Part shown: positions 13,801 through 25,023 of the stretch, in pieces | Position numbering within the stretch: position 1 is the stretch's first letter | How the letters are laid out: the number at the start of each line of letters is the position of its first letter | Assembly: GCA_048013815.1 (NCBI GenBank) | Contig: CM106586.1 | Location: 7,626,001-7,690,000 of the forward strand | Direction: 5' to 3' | From: Setoptus koraiensis | Lineage: Eukaryota; Animalia; Arthropoda | Length of the DNA: 64,000 nt | Program-made: the position numbers and the translations under genes | The notes under the pieces: model-generated | The model's database searches: none | The model's input: the letters and a program-made list of their open reading frames with translations, nothing else | What the model was told of the DNA's origin: nothing

Positions 13801-16800
13801 GTAGAAAGTGATTGCATAATCGAGAGTTGATCAAGAACAACAATGTGTTTCTCGATGTGACCAATGCGCGAATAGGAAATCTATTGACTGTTAGATTAAT
13901 CGATCGGATGCGGCCGGCCAATCGATCAATCGCGGCCTGGCCAGCGAGCGAGATTCGGGATGCTGATGAGATGCAACCGATGATACGGCGACCGCAACTG
14001 ACGGGCAGCCCGTTCTTTTCATTACAACTAATGATGAAGAGATTGCCGTTGATGGCCTTTTAATCTTGATCTTTGCCATCTGTCATCGCGGGCTGTGCCT
14101 TGTTTGCACTGAACAACAACAACAATAATCGCAACACACTGGCGATTATTGTTGTTGTTGTTGTTGTTATTATTGTGTCTCGCTGGCAACTTCCTAACCC
14201 ACTGACAGTGCCGAGCGGTGCGAGGTGCGAGACTAATGATGCGAGACTCGCCGTCAGTTTGTGGTCACTCGTAACCTGCGGCCATCCGACAATCGAGCGC
14301 CGACAACGCGCCCGACGAGAGTGGGTGAAATCAAACTTTTAATCTTCTCTCGACTCTTCGTTGGCCGGCAATTGGTCGCTCGTCGCCGTTCGTTGGCCGC
14401 CGAGTCGCCGCTCGCTCGCGTCTCCGTCGGGCGGCGGGCTCATATGAACCCGCGTGAGCCCGCCGTCGTCCGAGGCTCGAGACTGACCGCGGCAACCCGT
14501 GAGTCGGGTCAGTCTCTCGAAAGTGCCGCTCGAAAAGCGGCCCAACTCAAAATAGCCGCCAACAGCGACAGCGACGCCGACAGGTGGCTTACCGAGCCCG
14601 GGATTACGGGCGACGGCGATGTGTCGTAAAACGAAGAATTGACTTTATCGTTCTCGTCTCGGCTTTACTACTATCGCAGTGCTGCCGGTTCGCGGCTTGA
14701 CCGGGCGATTCGACACGTCGGGCGATTCGACGCAACGGGCGAGCCCACCGAGCGAGATCCGAGAATCCGTTGCCGCCGAGCGCAAGTGTGACGCCAGACA
14801 CCTATGCTAATGCGCCACCTGATGAATGGGGGCGCAATCATTATCGGGACGATTAGCACCACTGACTCGGCCGTGTTGTTGTCGCTGTTGTTGGCGTCGC
14901 TGCTGCTGGCGTCGCTGTTGTTGCCACTCGGACCGTGGCGGATAATTGCTGGTCGCTGGCGCGCGCGTTACCGCCATCGCAACAATCGGACTGATTGAAT
15001 CAGTTATGCGAACAACGGCACATTTTATTGCCGCGTCGGGACAAACAATTAACCGGCTCGATCGGTCAGCGCGGCCGCCGGTCTCGCCAATCGATGGCCG
15101 TTGGCCGGGTGGCCGCTTGGCCGCTGCCAACGGCCGCTGCCAACGGCGACCGGCGACAGGTGCCGGCTCGCCAACGCTCGACTGGCCCGTCGCGGCTCAC
15201 ACAAATTGCGAGCGCCATTTGCCATAACCGACCGACCATAAGCCCAAGGTGTTAATAATAGCCGGCCGAATGGCCGGCCGAAACACGGTCGGACGGCCGG
15301 CGGTGCGGCCACACGCTCCGGCTATTATTAACGGCCGGCTGTGTCCGAGCGCATGAAGCGGCGACATGGAGAGTAATTTACAAATTGGCCGTTAAAGCGA
15401 TTTGTTGTTGTTGTTGCTGTTGGCCGCTTTACACTAATCGGCCAAATCAAATCTGGCGAATCGCTCGAGCTCGAAGCTGCCAGCTCGCAATCGCCAGCGC
15501 GGCCCCCCTCGCATTCGCGTTCGGCCGGTGACGAGCTGTGGCAGCGCCGAGCGCGTCAAACCATCGCGGCGCTGATTGGCGAAACGGAAGTGGAGCGATG
15601 CGACCGGCCCAGAACAAATCGGTGTGTCGCTGGCCGAATTGTCAGTGTTGAGCGGATCGCGCGCCCAGCGCGAAGATGCAACCGGATGGAATTATCATTT
15701 GTGTGCCGCTGCGCTGCCTTTTGTGCTGCCACCAATTGAATGTTTGTGCCATGATTTGGTAATTCTTTTCGCACAACAATGGCCGCGCCAAAGGTTGTGC
15801 GAAAAGACAACAGCCCACGCGCGCCCCTTCGCGTTGCGCGGATCAGCCGGCCGATCATCATGCCAAATCGAATCAGCTCGAACTAAATTAAAATGATCAA
15901 AAATGCGAAATTAAATCCGCTCATGAATGACCATTATCGGCCGAGCTGTTATTGTTTCTCTTTCAACTGTGCGCGCAAATCAGCCGCAGATTAGCGCTGC
16001 CAGCATCCGGGTCTCGCCGGCTCGCTCCAGTTGCGCGTCTTCTTCTTCTTCTCTCCCAGTTGCAGCATCTAATCCGAGATGCGAGACGCGAGAATCCGAG
16101 ATGCGAGTGGCGAGACGCGAGAATGCGAGTGGCGAGTCCGCAGATTACATTACAGATTAGCGAGCCAGCGAGCACACAACGACGCCAGGGCGAAACGCCG
16201 AGCTCAACAATGACCGGTGGCGCCCAACTCGGGCTCGCAGCAACCACAAACACTTGTGAACGCTAAAATTGTTATGTAGTGAGCGGCCACAATAACAGCC
16301 ACTCATTACATAACAATGTTGCGCTTGCTGCGAGCCTCGTCACTAGTTATAGACCGATGTGACGGCTGATAGATATCATCATCATCATCATCATCATCAT
16401 GGCAGTGGGGCGAGTCCGCTTGTTTTGTCTTGTTGCGGCTGCCTATTGTTACACCGACAACAGATTGTTGCCGCTTGAGAAAGATAAACACTGTTGCAGA
16501 CACACAAACTAAACACAAACAACAACTCATTATCTCAGTCTAATTAGATTTGTTGCCCATCGATCCAATCATGCGCGAAATTGTTATTCTAATAATAGAG
16601 TCATTCTCCCTTTTTCGAGCCGCTCAAAAAAGATCAATGACCAATATCGCCTGCTACAAACGCCCAGATGCCGTTTTGTCAGAAAACTATTGACTCGATG
16701 AGATTAACTCCATTCCAAATATATCATTCATATGAGAGATATTCCAAACTAACAATTGATTTTGAACAAACAAAAGCTCACCATCTTGGTCATAGTTGTT

Positions 16801-18116
16801 GCGCTCCTATTTTGGGCTCACAGTTAACAAGTTACAAGTGCGAAGCAACTTGGCCATTGCAACTTTAACGGTGTCTCAAGAAACTAAATAGACAAATCAG
16901 ATCGAGAACTGAATGGCCTGATCAACGATCGCCTCTATTATGGCCAGATATAAATAATGTTCGACCGTCATGGCCTCAATTGTCCGCGCAAAAAGTGAGC
17001 GCCTTGCACGTGGGGCAGCCGAAATTCTAGAGCCGTACTTGTGGCTAAAATCGTTATTATTATCGTTATTATTGAATTATTAATGATAAATTATCAGAAG
17101 ATTACTAATCACGCAACTGCAATTGATGAGCATCTTGTTTTTGAAGTTCGAGTTGTCTCTCACGAACTATCAATTTTTTGCTGCTGGATATCCCCTGTTT
17201 TTGTTGACAGAGGAGAGCACTATGCTTTACCTCCATTTTAGAGGAGCTAGCTCGCGCCTTTGGCGAACAAACCTCGTCTGCAATTGGCTGCATTGAACAA
17301 ACTTCATTAGGATCGACCATGGGATATAGAGAATTTTGCGATTGATTTGTTTCGGCAGGCACAAATGACCATACTTCTTGTATATTAAACTCTGGTTGTA
17401 ATTATAGAATATCCAGATAAGCTAATTGGTCGTCCATAATTCTGTAATTATTTAGTAATTGTTCCTTATCTTTGAAAGTTGAAGTAATTTTTGGTCAATT
17501 ATAAAAATCAGGAACAAAATCCTTCATTACTGGACCGGCAAGTGACACAACTTATGTCACTTGATAATCAATGTTCAAAAATTAAGCAAATCCAATTGCT
17601 GTTGTCCGAAAACGTCCCAGCAAATGTTTCTGTGGACAGCATAATCATTCTGCCAGAATGGAACATTATGAAGTGATCGAGACTGTATGGTCTGGCACAC
17701 TGTTGGTTTATTTTTCCACTGTTTGAGCGAACTCAAATAGCAACAACAAAGCAATCAAATCAAATTCATAGTCCAAAAAAGAATAACAAGCTTAAGCCAG
17801 ATGAAGGTTTCTATGATCATAAAGTGCCAGCAGAAAATGAACCATGGAGTATAAATAGCTGCTCGAATGACAAAAGTGAATTCGTGCTTAGAATTGTTGG
17901 TCCAGTGAAGATCGATGAGAGAGAATCGTTGATTTCGAGCACCTCACAGATAGTAAAATGTCTAATTAGCTACTAAAAGACAAAGAAGAAAATGAACTCA
18001 CGCAGTGATATAAGTCGAGAGGGAATTTATAAGTGTCATGACGCATGGTGAAACTCTCAGCATGAGACCATTTTGACCCAGAAAGAACAGGGAAATGGGC
18101 AAACTTCAGGTCAAAG

Positions 18117-19682
18117 TTATTTTGCCAGATAGTATATATTGAAGAGCGAAGCCGGTCGTCTGGAATTATCGTTGTAGAATGGGCCGTAACTATGCTCAAC
18201 CCAAATGGAACATAGTATACTAAAAACTACAAGTAATAAGAGGGACCCAACAGCTATAGCAAGACCAATTCCAATTTCAGCACCCGGCGATCCGCCCAAA
18301 TAATGGAAATGATGTCCGGGAGGGTAATGATGGTGAGGAGCGACGAAGTGGTTGGTCACGTGAGCGAAGGCACTACCAGAAACGGCGCTCGTGCCACCAA
18401 ACTGGACCTCGCCTTCGGGATCTTCCATATCACTCATGAATGATTGCGTGAATGACTTGTCGAATGCGGACAATTTTATGAATTCGGCAACGCGACGTTC
18501 ATGGGCACTCACTCGCCTCAAAAGCCACGCTTTCAAGCCTCGCGAATAGGTGAAAATTTTGATGCTGGGATCAAACGTGATAACAGTGTCGATAATCTCG
18601 TAAAATCTATGCGCTACAATGTCCTGTTCGATACGTCCCTCATTCTTTGTTACGTCGACAACGAGTGCTTGCTCGTTCGAAGCATCTTTTTCAAATTTCA
18701 GGGGGCTTTTTTGCTCTAAATCGACATTGACATGCACAATAAGAATACCCTGGCAATATTGAACTGCGCGAATCCATTTTTGTATTCTTTCATCATTGGT
18801 GATGCTCTGGTCTAGTTTGCCTCGATCGTCTCGAGCCAAGTAACCCCGCCATGCTAACTGGGCAATTGTGTAGATTGAACTTCGAGCGTATCCATCAATC
18901 AACTGGCAGGCGCCCTTAACCTTCATGAAATCCTCATACATGCCCACCGAATTCATTGTAACTTCAATTGAAAATACCGTATCTGGTCCGGGTTTCAACG
19001 AATCGAACAAAACGATATTTTCTACCCTCGTAAATAGGTTCGGGGCGTATTTCGCGGTTAGACTAAACAGCTTGCGCATTTCAGGTGACAAATTTTTTGC
19101 GTTTTCATCATCGAAACGCAAATCGTTTTTTGTTGCCAATGCGACAATTTTATCAACTGCTTCTGCTGATTCGGAATTTTTCTCCGCCAATTCCAGCTTC
19201 TGCCCCAGGGATCTCTTACAAGTTAGCACAACTTGTCCAGCGAACAATCTGAAGAATTGCGATAATCTATGCTTCTTCTTGCGATGTAGATATTTGCCAC
19301 GAATGCCATTATTTTTGATTCGTCGATCGTACTGCAACAATTGAGCAGTGAAGTCTGGATCGCACACCGAGTGAATTGACGATGCTTGTCGAACTATTTT
19401 TCGAAGCATCTCGATTTCTTGTGCTCCGTTTAAAGATCTCAAGCAAGAATTAATTAGTGAATGTTGATAGAAATTGACCACGCGAAAAGCGATGGGAGCG
19501 TCATCTTCCGGCAGTAATTTTTCCGCGAGGTCCAGAAATTTGTCGACTGTATCCATCTTCGCAATCATTTTGACACACTGTTTTTTGGTCAGTGTCCATT
19601 TCGCAGTTTCACTGTGAACTATGCTGGTAGATAAAAATCCACCAACTAAGATCACACATATCACCAATTTGAAGTTGCTCAT
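18117..19682 (-). CDS. Orphan signal-peptide/C-terminal TM protein, paralogue 1 (521 aa from MSNFKLVIC)
   Basis: Intronless ORF. Met at 19682 aligns with the starts of the other three paralogues. Hydrophobic N-terminus, six conserved ectodomain Cys, QFGG motif, His-rich segment, GxxxG-type TM helix. Confidence 0.9.
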   Translation of the reverse strand: MSNFKLVICVILVGGFLSTSIVHSETAKWTLTKKQCVKMIAKMDTVDKFLDLAEKLLPEDDAPIAFRVVNFYQHSLINSCLRSLNGAQEIEMLRKIVRQASSIHSVCDPDFTAQLLQYDRRIKNNGIRGKYLHRKKKHRLSQFFRLFAGQVVLTCKRSLGQKLELAEKNSESAEAVDKIVALATKNDLRFDDENAKNLSPEMRKLFSLTAKYAPNLFTRVENIVLFDSLKPGPDTVFSIEVTMNSVGMYEDFMKVKGACQLIDGYARSSIYTIAQLAWRGYLARDDRGKLDQSITNDERIQKWIRAVQYCQGILIVHVNVDLEQKSPLKFEKDASNEQALVVDVTKNEGRIEQDIVAHRFYEIIDTVITFDPSIKIFTYSRGLKAWLLRRVSAHERRVAEFIKLSAFDKSFTQSFMSDMEDPEGEVQFGGTSAVSGSAFAHVTNHFVAPHHHYPPGHHFHYLGGSPGAEIGIGLAIAVGSLLLLVVFSILCSIWVEHSYGPFYNDNSRRPASLFNIYYLAK

Positions 19683-19822
19683 TGTTGTATCATATTCTGA
19701 ATAAATTTTCGGGTATTTGTTTAAACAATTGAGCATTAAAGTATTGATAATGTAGTCGAAATCGGCGGTTCCTCACCGCCATTCTCATCCGATTTCGCCA
19801 TAGTTCGTTCAACGCGTGATTG

Positions 19823-20050
19823 TCCCGAAACTTCTATATATTGTAGTCATGCTTAGAATTTTGTTCCCTCTTTCAGACTACGAAAATGGCTGCATATTTG
19901 TTGCTATTTTAGTTCCCTGAACTCTATTTTTGCTCACTTAGCCAACATTCCAATTCGCAGTGCTCATGGCAACAAATACGGAGCCATTTTCGTAGTTCGA
20001 ACAAGGGAAAAAAATCTTAAGCATGACTGCAATAGGTAAAAATTTCGGGA
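19823..20050. repeat. Inverted repeat at the centre of the head-to-head gene pair (82 bp arms, 64 bp spacer)
   Basis: 19823-19904 vs reverse complement of 19969-20050: 68/82 identical, ungapped, by hand alignment. Confidence 0.9.
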
Positions 20051-20238
20051 TGAGTACGTTCAGAACGACACATAGGTGGTTCTCGGATGACAATAGTTGT
20101 AAAGTCATTCTTAAAATAGTTAGTCCATTGTAAATCGAAGAGCAGCTGGAATCGTCAATCCTTAGTACATTATCAATAGTCTAATGTTTAATTGTTTAAA
20201 CAAATGTCGAAAATCCATCTCGAATAAAAGAAAAAACA

Positions 20239-21753
20239 ATGAGTAGCTCCAAATTGGTGATATGTGTGATCTTAGTTGGTGGATTTTTATCTACCAGCAT
20301 AGTTCACAGTGCAACTACAGAAGAGACACTGACCAAAAAACAGTGTGTCAGAATGATTGCGAAGATGGATACAGTCGACAAATTTCTGGACCTCGCGGAA
20401 AAATTACTGCCGGAAGATGACGCTCCCATCGATTTTCGCGTGGTCAATTTCTATCAACATTCATTAATTAATTCTTGCTTGAGATCTTTAAACGGAGCAC
20501 AAGAAATCGAGATGCTTCGAAAATTAGTCCGACAAGCATCGTCAATTCACTCGGTGTGCGATCCAGACTTCACCGCTCAATTGTTGCAGTACGATCGACA
20601 AATCAAAAATAATGGCATCAGTGGCAAATATTTGCATCGCGAAAAGAAACATAGATTATCGCAATTCTTCAGATTGTTCGCTGGACAAGTTGTGCTAACT
20701 TGCAAGAAATCGTTGGGGCAGAAACTGGAATTGGCGGAGAAAAACTCAGAATTAGTGGACGCAGTTGATAAAATTGTCGCATTAGCAAAGAAAAACGATT
20801 TGCGTCTCGATGATGCAAACGCGGCAAATCTATCTCCCAAGATGCGCGAGCTGCTTACTCTAACTACGAAGAAAATTCCGGATCTAATGACAAAGGTAGA
20901 AAATATCGTTTTGTTCGATTCATTGAAACCCGAACCCGATACAGTATTTTCGATTGAAGTTACAATGAATTCGGCAGGCATGCTTGAAGATTTCATGAAG
21001 ATTAAGGGCGCCTGTAAGTTGATTGATGCATACGCTCGAAGCTCGATCTACACAATAGCTCAATTAGCATGGCGAGGTTACTTGGCGCGAGACGATCGGG
21101 GCGATCTAGATCAAAGAATCACCAATGATGAAAGAATTCAAAAATGGATTCGCGCAGTTCAATATTGCCAGGGTGTCCTGATTGTGCATGTCAATGTCGA
21201 TCTGGAGCAAGAAAGCCCGCTAGAATTCGAGAAGGACGGTTCGAATAAGCAAGCAATTGTTGTCGATATATTAAAGAATGAGTGGCAAATCGGAAGCATT
21301 CCAACGCACAGATTTGACGAGATAACTGACGCTGTTACGACGTTTGATCCTAACATTAAAATTTTCACCTATTCGCGAGGCCTGAAAGCGTGGTTCTTGA
21401 GACGAGTGAGTGCCGATGAACGTCAAATAGCCGAATTCATAAAGTTGTCCGCATTCGACGAATCTTTCAAGCAATCATTCATGAGTGATATGGGAGATCC
21501 CGAAGGCGAGGTTCAGTTTGGTGGTACGAGTGCCGTTTCCGGTAGTGCTTTCAGTCACGTGACCAATCACATCGTCATTCCTGGTCATCATTACCCTCCC
21601 GGACATCATATGCATTATTTGGGTGGATCACCAGGTGCTGAAATTGGAATTGCCTTTGCTATAGCAATTGGATCTGTCTTTTTACTTACGGTTTTCAGTC
21701 ATTTGTGTTCGGCTTGGGTTAATCGTGGACGCAGTGGACCATACCGTGGGTGA
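20239..21753 (+). CDS. Orphan signal-peptide/C-terminal TM protein, paralogue 2 (504 aa)
   Basis: Intronless ORF highly similar to paralogue 1; AATAAA at 21921-21926. Confidence 0.92.
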   Translation: MSSSKLVICVILVGGFLSTSIVHSATTEETLTKKQCVRMIAKMDTVDKFLDLAEKLLPEDDAPIDFRVVNFYQHSLINSCLRSLNGAQEIEMLRKLVRQASSIHSVCDPDFTAQLLQYDRQIKNNGISGKYLHREKKHRLSQFFRLFAGQVVLTCKKSLGQKLELAEKNSELVDAVDKIVALAKKNDLRLDDANAANLSPKMRELLTLTTKKIPDLMTKVENIVLFDSLKPEPDTVFSIEVTMNSAGMLEDFMKIKGACKLIDAYARSSIYTIAQLAWRGYLARDDRGDLDQRITNDERIQKWIRAVQYCQGVLIVHVNVDLEQESPLEFEKDGSNKQAIVVDILKNEWQIGSIPTHRFDEITDAVTTFDPNIKIFTYSRGLKAWFLRRVSADERQIAEFIKLSAFDESFKQSFMSDMGDPEGEVQFGGTSAVSGSAFSHVTNHIVIPGHHYPPGHHMHYLGGSPGAEIGIAFAIAIGSVFLLTVFSHLCSAWVNRGRSGPYRG

Positions 21754-22110
21754 GAGGGGCCTATTTTCGAAGGATCGAATTGCAAAAGGATTTGAAAAGA
21801 AAGAATATCGAATGGAAGATAATTAAGAGATCAAATCGTAGAGGGCAAAAATTTGCTTCTCGTGGTGCTTATATAGCACAAGTGAACGAACGCTCCGCGA
21901 TACTTCAATTTTGTTGATCGAATAAAATTGTTTTTTGCTGCGAATATACAAGGTTGTTAAACCCATTTTTTTTAATCGCTTCTTCAAATCGTATATGGAA
22001 AATCTATCCGGGTTCTCTTCGTCGGGGCTTGGGGCAATTTCTTCTACAAACTCTTCTGGCCCTTTGTTGCTCCTTGAATTCCGACTAACAATCCTCCAGC
22101 AATACTAATG

Positions 22111-22329
22111 TAAGTGAACAAAAATAGAATTGAGGGAACTAAAATAGTCACAGATATGCAGCCATTTTCATGGTCTGAAAAAAGGAAATGTTTGAGCATG
22201 GCTACAACAGATAGAAATTTTGGAATGATCACGAATAGGGCCAACTATAGTGAAATCGAGATCGGATGTCAATCAAGGTCAGGAATCGGCGATCTTGAAA
22301 ACGTTATCAATACTTTTATGTTCAATTGT
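22111..22329 (+). promoter_or_regulatory. Orphan copy of the family upstream/promoter region with no gene behind it
   Basis: Aligns with the reverse complement of ~19715-19940 (e.g. GGGAACTAAAATAG, ATATGCAGCCATTTTC, TTATCAATACTTT). Confidence 0.7.
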
Positions 22330-22339
22330 GTACTCTGAT

Positions 22340-22735
22340 CAATTTTGGTACTATAATCGACATTTGATAGAGCAGACACTGTATCAATCTCATCAACCAG
22401 GACTTCACCCTCGGGATCCTCCATATCACTTATAATTTATTGTCTAAATGATGATCGAATGCTGATAATTTTATAGATTCGGCCATACAATACTCACTCT
22501 CACCCATGGGGTTTGATGGCAACTCTCTCAACTTGCGAATGAGTATAATATTCAACATTGGATTCGAATGTAGTGGCAGTGTCGAGAATTCATTATATCT
22601 ATGCGCTAACCTGCATTGTTCTCCTATGCGTAAACAATAATAGCCTGCTCACCATCAGAAGCTTTTTCGATCAGTTCAATCTGGCTTTCCTGATCAAAAT
22701 CGACAATAACCGGAGAAATAAGTAACCATCACGCA
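22340..22735 (-). pseudogene. Degraded fragment of the same family (C-terminal half)
   Basis: Minus strand reads LLISPVIVDFDQESQ (cf. ILIVHVNVDLEQESP), LAHRYNE, DTATTFESN and ISDMEDPEGEV, interrupted by a TAG and frameshifts. Confidence 0.8.
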
Positions 22736-22948
22736 CCAGTCTCATATACTCGCGGGAGGTACAATTTTATTCAATCAATAAAATTCAAATCCCGTGGAAC
22801 TAGCGTTCATTTGTGCTATGTAAGCACCACGAGGAGTGGTTTCTTAATTTTCTGCCATTCGAAACTGCATCTTTCGACATTCTTCATCGTTATTCGATCT
22901 TTCGCGGCTCAGTCCAACGTCGTTCGAATTTTCGACAAAAAGTCCCTC

Positions 22949-24433
22949 CTAATAATAGCCTGTTTTATGTCTAATCCAACTGGCACATAATGAATGCAAA
23001 ACCGCAATTAAAAAAGTGCCTCCGACCGCTATAGCTATGGCAATTCCAACTGTAGCGCCCGGAGATCCGCCTAAGTAATGAACATGATATCCGGGAGGGT
23101 AATGATGATGATAAATCACGCAGTGATTTGTCACGTGAGCAAATGCACCACCGGACACGGCACTCGAACCACCAAACTGGACCTCGCATTCGGGATCTTC
23201 CATATCACTCATAATTGATTCCTTGAATGATTCGTCGAATGAGGACAACTTTATAAATTGGGCTATGCGACGTTCATGGGCACTTATTCGTCTCGAGAGC
23301 CACGCTTTCAGACCTTGCAAATAGGTGAAAATTTTGATATTAGGATCAAACGTGGTAACAGTGTCGGTGATCTCGTTAAATCTATGCGCTAGAATGTCCT
23401 GTCCCTCAGTTTTGGTTACGTCAACAACAAGTGCTAGCTCATTTGAACCATCTTTCTCGAATTCTAGCGGGCTTTCTTGCTCTAAATCGACATTGACATG
23501 AACAATAAGAATACCCTGGCAATATTGAACTGCGCGAATCCATTTTTGAATTCTTTCATCATTGGTGATGCTCTGATCTAGTTTGCCCCGATCGTCTCGA
23601 GCCAAATAACCTCGCCATGCTAATTGAGCAATTGCGTAGATTGAACTTCGAGCATATCCATCAATCAACTTGCAAGCGCCCTTAATCTTCATGAAGTCCT
23701 CAAGCATGCCCGCCGAATTCATTGTAACTTCAATTGAAAATACTGTATCTGGTCCGGGTTTCAACGAATCGAACAAAACGATATTTTCTACCTTTGTAAA
23801 TAGGTTCGGGGAATAGTTTGCAGTTAGACTAAGGAGCTTGCGCATATCGGGTGACAGATTTTTCGCATTTTCATCATCGAAATGCAAATCGTTCTTCGTC
23901 GCCAGTCCAACGATTTTATCGACTGCCTTCACTGAGTCAGAATTTCTTTCCGCCAATTCCAGTTTCTGCCCCAGGGATCTCTTGCAAGTTAGCACAACTT
24001 GTCCAGCGAACAACCTGAAGAATTGCGATAATCTATGTTTCTTCTTGCGATGCAAATATTTGCCACGAATGCCATTATTTTTGATCTGTCTATCGTACTG
24101 CAACAATTGGTCGGTGAAATGTGGTTCACACACAGAGTGAATTGACGATGCTTGTCGAACTATTTTCCGAAGGTTTTCGATATCCTCTTTTCCGTGCACA
24201 CTTCGCAAGCAAAAATCAATAACTGTATTTATATGGTATTCGATGGGAGGGGCATTTTCTGGCATTAGTTTATCCGCGAGGTTTAGAAATTTGTCCACTG
24301 TATCAATCTTTTCAATCATTTTGACGCACTGATCTTTGGTCAATGTCCCTTTCACAATTGTACTGTGAACCATGTTGGTGTATAAGAATCCACCAACTAG
24401 GATCACACAAATCATAAAATTGTAGCTACTCAT
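22949..24433 (-). CDS. Orphan signal-peptide/C-terminal TM protein, paralogue 3 (494 aa)
   Basis: Intronless ORF with the same architecture; minus-strand AATAAA at 22766-22771. Confidence 0.92.
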   Translation of the reverse strand: MSSYNFMICVILVGGFLYTNMVHSTIVKGTLTKDQCVKMIEKIDTVDKFLNLADKLMPENAPPIEYHINTVIDFCLRSVHGKEDIENLRKIVRQASSIHSVCEPHFTDQLLQYDRQIKNNGIRGKYLHRKKKHRLSQFFRLFAGQVVLTCKRSLGQKLELAERNSDSVKAVDKIVGLATKNDLHFDDENAKNLSPDMRKLLSLTANYSPNLFTKVENIVLFDSLKPGPDTVFSIEVTMNSAGMLEDFMKIKGACKLIDGYARSSIYAIAQLAWRGYLARDDRGKLDQSITNDERIQKWIRAVQYCQGILIVHVNVDLEQESPLEFEKDGSNELALVVDVTKTEGQDILAHRFNEITDTVTTFDPNIKIFTYLQGLKAWLSRRISAHERRIAQFIKLSSFDESFKESIMSDMEDPECEVQFGGSSAVSGGAFAHVTNHCVIYHHHYPPGYHVHYLGGSPGATVGIAIAIAVGGTFLIAVLHSLCASWIRHKTGYY

Positions 24434-24824
24434 CGCTTTTTTTTATTCGAGATAGATTCTCGGCTACTTGTTAAACATCAAACTATAGGTAATGTACTCA
24501 AGATCGACGATTCTTCACCACAATTGCCATCCGAGCTCAAGTTCAATACTCTCCGTTCTGCGAGTAATCATCCCGAAATTTCTGTATGTTACAGTCATGC
24601 TAAAACATTTTCCCTTTTTCATAATTTTGAAATGGCTCCATATCTGTGTCTCTTTCAGTTCCCCAACTCTATTTTTACTCACTAAGCCAACATTCCAATT
24701 CGCAGCGCTCATGTCCAAAACGAATCGATATTAACTGACGGATTGTAAAGTTCTAAACGTTTGTCTTATATTCGATCTTCGCTGTTCCTCCGCAAACCTT
24801 ATGCCCGATACGGAGTATTAGCTT

Positions 24825-25023
24825 TGTGTCAAAATGATTGCGAGAATGGATACAGTTGACAAATACGTCATCACAATGACGAATTACAAATGACAGGATA
24901 TCGAATGATAGAAGATTAAAAGATCAAATCGTAGAAGGCAAAAATTTATTCCTTGTGGTGCTTACATGACACAAGTGAACGGAGGATCCACAAGACTTGA
25001 ATTTTGTTGATTGAATAAAATTG
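24825..25023 (+). pseudogene. Internally deleted family remnant (N-terminal fragment joined to 3' UTR)
   Basis: 24825-24866 encodes CVKMIARMDTVDKY; ~24897-25023 matches the paralogue 2 3' UTR (~21805-21930), including AATAAA at 25014. Confidence 0.75.

Noticed and set aside
781-14342. Many polyQ/polyL/polyV/polyN ORFs in the left flank
   Set aside because: They are translations of (CAA/GTT)n microsatellites, open in several frames and strands at once, with no domain content.
16760-16830. Signal-peptide-like stretch KLTILVIVVALLFWAHS
   Set aside because: Flanked by in-frame stops with no downstream coding sequence.
17491-17966. About 158-codon plus-strand frame with one internal TGA
   Set aside because: No recognisable homology, no ATG start or signal peptide; cannot be called a pseudogene without a search.
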